Origin: Piromyces finnis finn
Lineage: Eukaryota > Fungi > Neocallimastigomycota
Reading direction: 5' to 3'
Assembly: GCA_002104945.1 (NCBI GenBank)
Contig: MCFH01000119.1
Span: forward strand, 1 to 38,069
DNA length: 38,069 nt
Shown: piece after piece, positions 1-12,487 of the stretch
How the letters are laid out: every line of letters starts with the position of its first letter
How positions within the stretch are numbered: position 1 is the stretch's first letter
The notes under the pieces: generated by a model
The model's input: only the letters and a program-made list of their open reading frames with translations
Databases searched by the model: none
What the model was told of the DNA's origin: nothing
Program-made: the position numbers and the translations under genes

Positions 1-40
1 GAATGAAATTTGCTATAGAGTTACTATTATTAGTAATAAA

Positions 41-355
41 TTAATTAAGATTGAGCCAAAATCTTTTATTATTATTATTGAAAGGAATGAGAGATTTATA
101 AACTAAATCCGTTATTAAGTATTTTTCACCATTTTCTATAGGATAGTTTATATAAAACAGATAGATATTTATATTATTAAAGAAGAAGGATTGTTCTTTA
201 ATTATTTTTTTCAATTTTTTATTTTTTCGGAAAACGAATAATAATATGATAATAACAATTTCAGATATGCTCATTGCTATTGATAACTTATTTAATCTAT
301 TAAAAACCTGTCTAGTAGTATTATTATAATTATCAGAAAAACTATAATCCAAGAT
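41..355 (-). pseudogene. Isolated terminal exon (stalk, TM, tail) of an LRR receptor-like family member
   Basis: Translation FSDNYNNTTRQV...IVIIILLFVFRKNKKLKK matches the terminal exons of the paralogs at 21410 (FHDNYNDKNKQV...LIFLVLRKNRDLKK) and 19049. An AG acceptor lies at 357-356. No upstream LRR exons are visible on this strand and no LPSY motif is retained in frame. Confidence 0.6.
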
Positions 356-471
356 CTATTCTATTAAGTATATTTATATTCGAAATTATAAAGTTTAATT
401 AGTGATACATTTAATAATTGCATTAATTGCGATAATATAAATGACAAGAATTTACAAAATGGAAAATAAAT

Positions 472-1335
472 AAAAATATAGCGAAAATGGACTTAGTGGT
501 TTAATCCCAAAAGAGATTACGGAACTAATAAATAATATAATAATAAATAATATAATAATAATAATAATAATAATAATAGTAATAGTATAATGAATAAAAT
601 TAATATAATAATAATAATAATAATAATAATAGTATAGTAATAATTAGAATATAATATATAATAATAATAATAAAAAATTATATAATAGTAATAATTAGAA
701 TAATAATAATAAATATATAATAATAATAATTAATAATAGAGTAATAATAATAACTAATAATAATAATAATATTAATTTAAATTATATATATAATTTGTTT
801 TTTTTCTCTACCTATAATAGAATAATGATTTTTATTTTAAATTTTTTTTTAATATTATTTTTATACAATATAACTGGTATGATAATTATAATACCAAACC
901 AATTTTAATCAAGGATATAAATCTAAAAAAGGATGATTCCACATATCAGAATAAGGACTATTCTGAAAACCAGAATGATGAGATTCAGATAATAAACCAT
1001 TATTAACTACAGTAATTATACCATGAATAAGTATTATTGCTGTATTTGTATATTCCTAGTTTCTAAAATAAATAAAAAAAATGGTTTAAAGAACAACAAT
1101 GATTCTGTCACTGTAAATATAGAGAATTAAATTTCTACACGTGATTCTTCAAGTAATACAAAAAACATCATCTAATATAATAATTATACTGCACTTCTTG
1201 CTTCAGTTAATAATGCAATAGAGAATAATTGTATTCATTCAAAATTTGTTACTTCAATTAATAATAGAAATATTAGTTCTCAAAATAATGAATCAGTAAA
1301 TAATAATAACAATGGTAAGAGATTATCAAATTATT
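472..1335 (+). pseudogene. LRR receptor-like pseudogene: last-LRR (cap) exon plus terminal exon
   Basis: 480-525 reads SENGLSGLIPKEITEL, compared with SENGFSGSIPDEIFEL at 5581. About 870-1335 reads YDNYNTKPILIKD and is clearly similar at DNA level to 5757-6264. It contains stops (e.g. TGA in the TM region) and frameshifts. Confidence 0.75.
527..775. repeat. Imperfect (AAT)n microsatellite
   Basis: Long run of TAA/AAT units with interruptions, inside the intron of the pseudogene. Confidence 0.9.
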
Positions 1336-1534
1336 AAATATATTTCTAAAAATTAATAATAATAATATTTATTTGAATATTATTGTTTTGTACATTGCAT
1401 TTCTTTGTTCATACTAGACATTTTATATTTATTTAAAAATGAATTAAATCTTTTCTTCTTTTTTTTGTTATATAAAAATTATATTTATAACTTGTTTCTT
1501 CATTAAGTAAATGTCCATATTTAAAATCATTCAT

Positions 1535-1576
1535 ATAATAATAATTAATAAAGTAATAATAATTAATAATAATAAT

Positions 1577-1647
<71 letters not shown>

Positions 1648-1656
1648 TAATAATAA
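1535..1656. repeat. Imperfect (AAT)n microsatellite
   Basis: Long TAA/AAT run ending at the acceptor of the LRR exon at 1659. Confidence 0.9.
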
Positions 1657-1658
1657 AG

Positions 1659-2587
1659 AAATCTAGGTAATAATATTTTAAATGGATATTCCATCAGAAT
1701 TTGGAAAACTATCAAACTTACAAACATTGTAAATTGTTTTATATAATTTATTTAAAAAATTCATATTTTTATATATAATTAATTAATAAAAAACATATCT
1801 TTTTTAAAATAATGCATAACCTCTTTCTTCATTAATATAATATATAAAAGAAAACTCAAAACAATACTTTAATGGTCTAATTCCATCTGATCTTGGAAAA
1901 TTACCAAACTTAAAAGAATTGTAATCTTTTTATATTTATCATAAAGATAGTAAAATGTAATACTTAATAATGTTTGATTTTTATTTAATAATTTAAACTA
2001 AAGAGATATAAGTAAAATGGGTTAGTTGTCTATCCAGAGAAATTAAGATGAAATGAATTATGATTTGTAATATCTTAAACTTTTTTTTTTTTATATGATT
2101 TTATAGTTTTACAATTATCATTGAATAAAGAAGTTTTATATTAAAAAAGTTTTATATATTTAATAAATTATTTTATTGTAGATACAAAAAATTATAATGA
2201 TATTAATAAAGTTAAACCAGTAGTGAATGATACAAATTAAACGAGCTAATTTAAATTATAAACCATCATCATTTAATAAATAATAGTAATTGAAATGATA
2301 ATGATAATTACTATTATAATAGCCATATTTTAGTCTTAACTTTACAAAAAAGAAAAGAATAATGATAAAAATTTAACAAATTCTATTATTCACGAATTTC
2401 AATGATTCATCAGAGAACATAATAGTTAATACAAATGATAATAATGACAATGACTCAATTATTATTATCATCGCGAAATAATTTTAATAGTTTATTGAAT
2501 GATTCCGATAGTAATCCTAATATTCACTTGTTGCAACGGACCAACCTCCCAAAATATGAAGATATAATAGAAGAAAATATGAAATAA
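1659..2587 (+). pseudogene. LRR receptor-like pseudogene: 2 LRR exons, cap exon and terminal exon
   Basis: AG/GT-bounded exons at 1659-1728 (NLGNNILNGY-PSEFGKLSNLQTL, 70 nt), 1851-1920 (GLIPSDLGKLPNLKEL, 70 nt) and 2004-2066 (degenerate cap). The terminal exon from 2182 ends in LPKYEDIIEENMK*. Several indels and stops; no first exon found. Confidence 0.75.
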
Positions 2588-3269
2588 ATCAAAGTAGTAT
2601 AAATGCAAATAATGAATTTTCGAAATTTAAAGGTGGAAATGGATGATGTAGGAAGAAGTTGGGTTATATCAATTCCATATAAAAAAAAACCTCTTTTAGA
2701 ATTATTTTAACTATCCATTATTGAATAAAGTAAAAATATATTAAATAAAGTTTATTTAAAAATAAATAAATGAAGCAATTAAAATTTAAATTTTAATAAA
2801 TTAATAATTAAGTAAATTCGTGTAACAAGAGTTCCATTTTAGTGTAAATCCTTAAATTAAAATCCAATAAAATTTCATATAAAAATCACAAATGAAAGTT
2901 ACACAATATTCTAATATTATATATATTAATAAATTAATAAAGTTTATAATTTTATATTAATTATTCTTTTTTTTTTTTTTAAACAAAAAATGTAAAAAAA
3001 AATGAATTATTCTCAAATTGTATAATGACTTTAATAATAATGATAGTAAATAAGTTAATAAACTATACCTCTCTAACTAGTTTACATTGGCAATTTAATG
3101 AATGAAAATGATATTTCTTAGGTATATTCTCAGCATTCAATATTAATTTACATTACATTACATTTAAGCGAAATTATAGGAAAAATTCATCTATAGTTCA
3201 TCTATTAATAGTATTGTTTATGTTTTATATTGTCATGGCATGGATCATTGAGGTAGTTAGGAGTATCTT

Positions 3270-3307
3270 TTGAAGTTGGCTCAGTCAGCAGCGCGTAAGT
3301 CTCGTAA
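3270..3307 (+). pseudogene. tRNA-like 5' half (elongator tRNA-Met-like fragment)
   Basis: TGGCTCAGTCAGCAGCGCGTAAGTCTCGTAA resembles a tRNA A-box/D-arm followed by an anticodon-loop pattern CT-NNN-AA. No T-arm or 3' acceptor strand follows. Confidence 0.3.
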
Positions 3308-3522
3308 TTAAAATAAATAGAAATAAAAAAAATCTTATATAAAAATAAAATCATTACTTTTTACTCCCCTCCATAAAAAAATAATTATCCTTTACAATTA
3401 ATATCCGTTTTTAATTCATAAATTATTATTTCTATTATATTTTTAATTTCAAATGTAGCTTTTTTAAATCAAAAAATTCGTGTAACATTTAATTTGTGTA
3501 ACAATAATGATTTTCTAATTAG

Positions 3523-3532
3523 CCAATAAAAT
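3523..3532 (+). promoter_or_regulatory. Extended CCAAT box (CCAATAAAAT) upstream of gene A
   Basis: About 205 nt before the ATG at 3738. The same 10-mer recurs upstream of the other genes in this window. Confidence 0.4.
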
Positions 3533-3737
3533 TAAAGCAATATTTTATGAATTACATTTCTATTATTGTTTTTCCAAATTAATATTAAATAAGATTTGAT
3601 TATCATTATTATTATAGTTGACTTTTTTTACCTTTTTTTTTTGCCGTTTTTAAAAATAATAGTTCTTTTATTTTAATTTAATAATGCAAAATGTGAATGA
3701 AAAAAAAAAAAAAAAAAAAAGATAGATATAGGAAAAA

Positions 3738-6264
3738 ATGGTTAAATACGCTTTATTATTGTTAAGTTTAACCTCTACAATAAAAGTAATCTATTCAGCA
3801 TTTATTGAAGATTGCATTCCAATAAATAAATATTAGGAGAACCTTCTGATATATGATTTGTTCCCATAAAGGAATTAATTGTATCAATAGTTTTATAACA
3901 GAATGTAATAAAAAGTTTTTTTTTTCAATCAGTGAAAAAAGAAAAAAAATATTAACATATTAACATAGATTAAAACAAACTTATTTAACAATTTTTATTA
4001 TAAATAGAAAATTAGAAAATGAATATTTAAAATGTCCTATTCCTTCAGAAAATTGGTAGTTTAAAAAACTTGGAAAAACTGTAATTTTTATTTCAATCTT
4101 CTTAATAAAGAACCTAAAATATATTATATTTTTAATTGATATTTACTTATTATTATTATTATTTATAAATAGAGTTTTATCTCATAACTATTTATATGAT
4201 AATATTCCTTCAGAACTTGGGAATTTATCAAATTTAAAAATATTGTAATTGGTTATTTTTATTTTATTATTATTATTTTTAAGTATAATAATTAAAAATA
4301 TATAAATTAATTTTTTTAATTGATAATTTTTATATTATAAAATAGAAATTTAAACTGTAATGATTTAATAGGTACTATCCTTCTGAACTTGGAAATTTAA
4401 AAAAATTTGGAAGAAATGTAATTATTATTTTTTTTCTTTATCTATATAAATAGTAGTAATATTGAATAATATAACATAAATATTAATATATAGTCATTAT
4501 AAATAGCGATTTATCGATTAATCAATTAAGAAGTTCAATTCCTCGTGAAATTGGAAATTTACCAAACTTGAAAAAATTGTAAATATTTTTTTTCTTTTAT
4601 AATAAGTAAAAAAAAAAAAAATAGATTTATAGAATTATTATTTTTTTAATATTAATATATTTATATTTTACATAGGATATTATATTCAAATGATATAATA
4701 AATATGATTCCTTCAGAACTTGGTAAATTAGAAAAATTGAATATGCTGTAACTATTTTTCTTTTCTTTTCTTTATAATAAATAGTAAATTTTCATATATA
4801 ATAATTTATAATTTTTATTTCATATTATTATGTATTATAAATAGAGTAATCATAATAATGCATTAAGTGGTTCTATTCCTCCAGAACTTGGCAATTTAAA
4901 AAACTTATATTATTGTAAATAATATTTTTCAATATTATAAATTTAATATTCTATTTATTATTACAATTTTATTTATTTTTTTTTTTTTTATTATTTTCTA
5001 ATATAAATAGAAGTCTTAATAATAATATGTTATATGATGCTATTCCTCCTGAGCTTAGTAATTTGGAAAACCTGGAATATATGTAATTGCTGGTTTTTTT
5101 CTTATATGCATTAAAAGAAATTTATTAATTTTTATTTCAACCTCATATTTTTTAAAATTTTATTTATTCATGATTAATATAATAAAATTCATTTAAAAAA
5201 TAAAAGGTATTTCGGAAATAATACTTTAAATGGTTCTATTCCCCCTTCTTTTGGAAATTTATCAAAATTAAAAATTCTGTAATATAATTTATTTAATAAT
5301 TATTATAAAAATAAAAAGTTATTATATTTATAAATAGGAATTAAAAGTTAACAATTACCCATTTTCTTATATAAATGTTATTTTTAATAATCCTTATTAA
5401 AAAAAAAATAATAAAGAAATCTCCAAAATAATACTTTAAGTGGTCCTATTCCACCAGAACTTGGAAGATTATCAAACTTGAAGGAATTGTAAATTTATAT
5501 TTTATAAAAATTATTAATTAAATAACAATAATAAAATCTCATATAATTTTTTTTTTTTTATAAATTTATAAAAAAAATAGAGATATTAGCGAAAATGGAT
5601 TTAGTGGTTCTATTCCAGATGAAATATTTGAATTACAAACGTGTAAAATGTAAATACTATTTCTTTTAATTGTATTGTATTATAAATAATTCATAAATAT
5701 ATATTATTTTAATTAATTACATTTTTGTATAATAAAAAATAAAAAATATAATATAGATATAGAAAAAATTTTAATACCAAACCAATTTCAATCAAGGATA
5801 TTCCTCAAAATAAGGATGTTTCAGATAATAAAAATAAAAATAATAAATCAATAATAACTACGGTAACCATGTCAGGAATGAGTATTGTTGCTTTATCAGC
5901 TTTATTTCTGGTTATAAAGAAAAATAAAAAAAATAATATAAAAAAAAAGAATAATTCTACAAACAATGTGAATAATATATATAATATAAATGATTGTTTT
6001 CCTTCCTCTACTGATTCTTCAAACGATATCAAAAGAATATCTAATCATTCTAATACTGTTTATAATGCTCATCTTGCACCAGTTGATGATACAATTAATA
6101 ATAATAGAAATCATTCAAAATCTGTTAATTCAATTAATAATAGAAACAATAATTCACAAAATAATGAAACAAGAAATAACAATATTTTCAATTATAACAT
6201 TTCTATCAATGAAGAAGACTTACTTCCAAGTTATAAAGAAGTAGTAAATGAAAAAAATACATAA
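3738..6264 (+). pseudogene. LRR receptor-like gene A (12 exons, 9 LRR exons plus cap); frameshifted as assembled
   Basis: Exon 1 at 3738-3904 (signal peptide MVKYALLLLSLTSTIKVIYSA plus Cys cap). LRR exons: 4008-4080, 4173-4244, 4346-4417, 4507-4578, 4676-4747, 4845-4914, 5011-5082, 5207-5278, 5417-5488 (e.g. NLQNNTLSGPIPPELGRLSNLKEL). Cap exon 5581-5649. Terminal exon 5757-6264 with TM and EDLLPSYKEVVNE. All splice sites are AG/GT. About 8 single-nt indels lie in exons 1, 2, 4 and 7. Confidence 0.85.
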
Positions 6265-7087
6265 TAACACAATTACAATGTATAAATATTAATTATAATA
6301 ATATAAATGAAAAAGACAACCAAGTTATTAATATTAATGTATAATAACATTGTAATATATATTTAAAAGAATTATAATTCTCTTTTATATATTTATTTTA
6401 AATACCCAAACCTAATAATATTATGAGTTTTTTAAATCTATTTAAAACTTTAAAAAAAAAAAAAAAAGTATTAATTTTTGATTATTTTTTATTTTATTAA
6501 AGAATAAATAATAATACTTTTTAAATTTAACTATCAATTAGAATAAAACTACAAAAAAATAGAAATAAAGTAATTAAATAATATAAATAACAAATGTTAT
6601 TAGATATTTTATATTTAAATATAGTTATCTAATATTTATTTAAATATTAGTTTTTTTTCTTTCAAATTTAAATAAATTTAATATTATATTATCACTTTAA
6701 TTTTTCAGTTAAAATGTTTTCAATATTCGTATCGAGTAATAATTAATTTTTGATTTTTATTAACAAAATAAAAAAAAAAGAAATAAGAATAATAATAATA
6801 TTAAATACATAAATATTATAAATATATAATATTTAGTATGTATAGGTATAATGAATATTTTGTAATCTCAAATCCAGATTTTAATCGAGTATTAAAATAT
6901 AATTGACTTAATATTTTTATTATATAATTTTATTTTTTTTTTTTAATTTTTTTATCCTTTATTCCTCAAGATATAGATAATATATTAAACATGATAAAAT
7001 TATAATTATTTGTTTTTACTTTATTTAAAAGAATAATATTATTAAAATGTATATATTGATTTATAATTTATCGCTTTCTATTATAAA

Positions 7088-7150
7088 CTGAATGTTATGA
7101 ATAATTTAAATAGAATTATCCCTTAAGAGCTTGGAAATTTAAAAAAAATA
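7088..7150 (+). pseudogene. Orphan decayed LRR exon
   Basis: Reads NNLNRIIP*ELGNLKK, matching the family consensus NxLxGxIPxELGNL with an in-frame TAA. Confidence 0.55.
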
Positions 7151-9034
7151 ATTATATAAATCCACAAATAACAATTTTATTATAAATACGTTACATTACA
7201 CGATGTTAAGAAAAATCATCTTATTAAATAATATTAATAATAATTAGTTTAGCTTTAGTAAAGGGGACTTTTCAAATTGAAAGAGTGAAGCGTATAAAAA
7301 TAAAAAAAAAATTTTAAATTGAAAGTTTAATTTTTTTTTTGTATTTTTTATTAAATTTTATTTTCAGTTGTGTAACATAAAAATTAACTAATGTATACAT
7401 TGATGTATTACATTAAAATAAGATAAAATAGCGCTTTCTTTTTTTTTTTTACATTTTATATATAAATATTCATATTTTTTATTGTTAATATTAGTACATA
7501 GATCTATAAGATCATATATAATTACTTTTTAATAGATTTAAGAGTCGAGTCATATTGACTCTTCATTGAATTTCATTAATTCTTGGTTAATTTTCTTTTG
7601 GTACTAGTAGTGATTTGTCCTTTTCTGTTTAATACATCGTCATAACTTTAAAGTATGAAATTTTCACTAACAACTAAATTGTTGTTATGTACATTATCTA
7701 ATTATTTAGTACTATAACATGTCACTTTACTCTTTATTATAATTAATTATATCTATATAATTATAAAAATCTGCATTATTTCTCTTTTTTATATTATAAT
7801 TTATAATTTCATATTTTAATTTCATTAAATATAAATAATTACCAAAATAATAATTTATTTAAATATTCTATTCAATTTCTTTAACTTTAAAATAAATTAG
7901 AAATTATTATATAAATAAGTATAAAATGGATTAATTAAACTAGAATAAATTATTAACATTATTATTTATGTTTTCTCACATTTCTTTTCCCATTTCTTTT
8001 TTCCCATATTTTTTTTTTAGAAATAATGATAATTTAAACTTTTTTTTATTGAAATTAACCTTTTTTTTTTTTTTACCCAAAAAAATCCTTTAAATAAAAA
8101 TTGATTTTTTTTGTTTGTTTGTTTTGTTTCTCATAAAACTTACTATAAATAATTAATTTTATTGGTTATTAATCATCTAAAATTTAAAATGAATTTATTC
8201 ATAAACTTTTTAATCTTTTTATACTATTATTTACATTATTTTGTAAATAATAGTAAAAAGAGTTGTATAATAATTGGAATAATTTAATTATTATCTCAAT
8301 TTTTAAGGCATTTAATACATTTTATTTATAGGATTATTGAATTTTATAATAATTCATTATAAAAACTTAAATATACTTTATTAAAGAATTTTATTTTTTT
8401 TTTTATTTATTTTATTAATGATTTAACTTTTTGTAAGTAGAAAAAATATATATTATTATATTATTATTATATTATTACAAATAATAAATAATTATAACTA
8501 AAAATTAATTGAAATTTAAAAATAAAATAGATCAAAGGAATTTATTGAAATAAAAATTATAAAGTTAGATCTATACTTTTATTATTATTTAAAAATGAAT
8601 AAAACAGTAATCTAGTTCATTTACATGAATTACTTTATTTTATATCAATATTTAGAAATAATGAAATGAATAATTAAAATATATATATATATTTAAATAA
8701 AAAAAATTTATAATAATTATAACTTATAATTGTACTTCTTAATATGTATTTTTGATAATAATTATATAAAAAAAATTACAAAATTAACATTTATAAGGTT
8801 TACTTTTTGATTTAAATCTCCAATATTAAAATTCGTTTTTAATTCATTTAAAATTAAACTTTAATAAAATAAAAATTTGATCTATTTTTATTTGTAATAT
8901 GAAAATCCTTTTTTTCCTTTTCAATATAAATAGGTTGAAAATGTATTAAAAAAAAAAAAAAACTATTATTTATTATACCTTTAAAAAATATTATTTATTT
9001 TAAATATTAATTTAGAATTTTACTTTAATTAAAA

Positions 9035-12000
9035 ATGAAATTTCAACAAATCGGTGTTGTTCTTACTTTTCTTTCATTAAATCTTAATGGTGCTTTATCT
9101 TTACCTGCTAATAAAATAGGAAGTAGAATTGATGAACTTGATCCACAAAAAATTGATGATATTTTTGGTATTAATGTAAATTTACGTAGACCAAATATAA
9201 CTGCTATTCTTTCAAAAATTTCAGATAAAATACAAGAAGGAAAGGATAAAATTAAGAAATATAAAAAGGATGAAGTAAAATCTAATATTAATAAATTATT
9301 TTTCAATAAATACTTTAGTAATAGAGTATGAATTGATACCTAACAATTCATATTATTTTTTTTTTATAAATTTTAGGTATGTATGACAGACGAATGTGTA
9401 GAATCTTCAAAAAAAATATTAAGTAGTATGGATACTACAGTTGATCCATGTGATGATTTCTATCAATATGCTTGTGGTGGTTGGATGGTATTTATTTATT
9501 TTTATTTGTATATGAAATAAATAAAATATAGAAAAAAAATATTTATTAATACTTTGTTTTTTTATTTTAATAAATAAAATAAAAAAATAGGAACAAAATG
9601 AAATTCCATCAAACTCTGTTAGTATAAGTACTTCCATTAAAGGAAATGCAAGAAACATGGTAAATAATAATAATAATAATATGTTTTAAAAATTATAAAA
9701 AAGTAATAATTATTAATAATAATATATAATAAAAAATATTTATTTCTTTTCAATAAATATAGGAAATTATTAAGAATATTCTTGAACGTGACTACAAGGT
9801 TAATGAAAATTTAAGTCCAGAAGAACAAGAATTAGATAAAAATTTATTTAATAAATTAAAAACAATTTTCAATACTTGTATGGATGTTGATAAGATTAAT
9901 GCCAAAGGAAAACAACCATTAATTGATTTATACGATAAATTAAAAATCTACGAAAATAGAGAAAATTACAAGGATGTTAATAAATTCACTGAACAACTTG
10001 TTACTCTTAATAAGTATGGTATTTTCCCATTCTTTAAAATTGGTGGTCATACAGATTATGAAAAGGCAAATCATTACCTCATTGCTTTTCTTCAAAATGG
10101 TTTAACTTTAAGTAAAGACTATTACTCTTATGACGTTGTTTTGGTCGAATTAAGAAAATACATTAAAAATATATTAACTTTAATCTTTGATAGTACTGAA
10201 AGAGATATTGATGCTATGGCAGATTCTATTTTAGAATTTGAAAAAAAGGTTGCCAATGCTTATGTTCCAAGGTAAAAAAAAATTAGATAATTCATTTTAA
10301 TCTATTTGTTAAATTAATGTTAAATTTTTTTTTTTTTTTTTTATTTTTATTCAATTTTTTAAAAAAATATTATGATATTGTGATGTATTATGATAAATAG
10401 TGTAAAATTACAAAATCCACAATTTTATTATAATAAGCGCACTATTAAAGAATTATCTGAAAGATATCCAAAAATCAATTGGAGTTTATTCTTTAAGCAA
10501 AGACTTGCTAACCATAATATTGATTTTGAATTTGATGATGAAACCATCTTTATTGATATGACACCAGATTATTTAACAACTTTAAATGAAATTCTTGAAG
10601 AATCTGATGTTGATAGTATTGCTTACTATTTAGAATGGTATATTTTAAAAGCATAATAGAAATTGATAAAATTAATAATATACTAATAATTTTTTATTAT
10701 ATCCATTATTATATAATATCTAACATATATCTAAATAAATAATAATTAATAAAATTAGGAGAGTTATTGACAGATTCTATGAATACTTATCTAGTGATCT
10801 TCAAGGTCCAGTTAAAGAATTTAGCGATTTCTTATATGGTAAGTATTATAAAATATCAAATTAAATTTAATATAGAATTATTATTTTAATTACAATGTAT
10901 TTATTAAACATTATTTAATTACAATTTTTATTAATATTTTTATATAATAATTCTTTTTTACCTTTTTAATAAAAAAAAGGTGGAAGTGTTGAAACTCCAT
11001 TATATGATAAATGTTCTTCAATGGTTGATGATATGATGGAAATGGCTGTTGGTAAATACTTTGTTGAAGAAGCCTTCGATTCTAATACTAAACCAGCTGT
11101 TAAAGAAGTATTCAAAAATATCAAGCAATCCATGATTGAAAGAATTCCACAAATGGAATGGCTTGATAAGGAAACTAGTGATTATGCTATTGAAAAGGTT
11201 AAAATGATTAAAGAAAATATTGCTTATCCAGATTATCTTATGGATCTTGAAAAGATGACTAAAAAGTATGAATATTTAGAACTTAATCCAGATGATTACC
11301 TTGGTAATGTTATCAGTTATCTTAACATGTACTACAGAAATGATTTAAATCGTATTGTTGAACCAACTTCAGACTGGCGTTACTCTCCACAAGTAAATAT
11401 TTTCATAATAAATAAAATATATATTATATTTATGTTATATCATTTTTATAATTACATAATATAATAATTTCTATAAATTATACTTTTTTAATTTTTTTTA
11501 TATAAATTAGACCTTTAATGGTTTCTACTATCCACCAGATAATTCTATCAATATTCTTGCTGGTATTTTACAATCTCCATTCTATGATTCTCATGAACCA
11601 GATTACATTAACTATGGTGGTCTTGGTATGCTTGTTGGTCATGAATTAACACATGCTTTTGATGGTACTGGTAGACAATTTGATAAGAATGGAAGTATGA
11701 CTAATTGGGTTAGTATTATATAACAATTACAATGTATTATATAATATTTATATATATTGTTGATATATTTAAAAAATATTAATTTCGTAAAATTTTTATT
11801 TTTAAAATAATATAATATAGTGGACTTCATCAACAGCAGAAAACTTTAGTAATGCCTCTCAATGTTTCGTCAACCAGTAAATATTTTCAAAAATAAATAT
11901 ATATATATTTATTTATTTATTTATTATTTTAATAAAAAAACTAATTTTTTATAATAAAAAATAGATATTCAAATTATACTATTGTAGGAAGTGATGGCAA

Positions 12001-12487
12001 TAACTATAATGTTGATGGTGAAGTAAGTTATTATATATAAACATTAAAGCTATTATATTAAACTATTATTATACTATATATTATAAATATTGAAAAAAAT
12101 TTATTTTAATCATCATATATTTTATTTTTTATTATTTCATAGTTTACTCTTAATGAAAACATTTCTGATAATGGTGGTGTTGATCGTGCCTATGAAGCTT
12201 GGAAAATATCCATGAATAACGATGAAAAAGAAGCTAAAGAACGTAATAAGATACTTCCAGATTTCACTAAATATACTAGAGATCAATTATTCTTTATTTC
12301 ATTTGGTCAAATTTGGTGTTCTAAAATGAGACCAGAAGTTGCTGTTCAAAGATTATCTCAAGATAATCATGCTCCAAGTGAATGGCGTGTTAAGGGTGTC
12401 TTAAGAAATTCAAAATATTTCGCTAAAGCTTTCAATTGTCCAGTCAATTCACCAATGAATCCAGAACAAAAATGTTCAATTTGGTAA
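9035..12487 (+). CDS. Secreted M13-family (neprilysin/ECE-like) zinc metallopeptidase, 11 exons, 771 aa
   Basis: Exons: 9035-9274, 9377-9487, 9591-9659, 9763-10271, 10401-10637, 10759-10838, 10980-11392, 11511-11708, 11821-11876, 11965-12022, 12143-12487. These total 2316 nt and stay open when spliced. Motifs: signal peptide, [24 protein letters not shown] (HExxH at 11640-11654), [18 protein letters not shown] and C-terminal CSIW. Confidence 0.93.

Noticed and set aside
4008-5488. Regularly spaced similar blocks as a CRISPR-like array
   Set aside because: The blocks are coding LRR exons with splice sites and synonymous variation, not identical repeats with unique spacers.
5805-6244. ORFs 5805-6032 (-) and 5990-6244 (+)
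   Set aside because: Shadow frames of gene A's terminal exon; their hydrophobicity comes from AT-rich composition.
9043-11833. Minus-strand ORFs 9043-9306, 9419-9658 and 11639-11833
   Set aside because: Antisense to M13 exons and introns, with no independent motifs.
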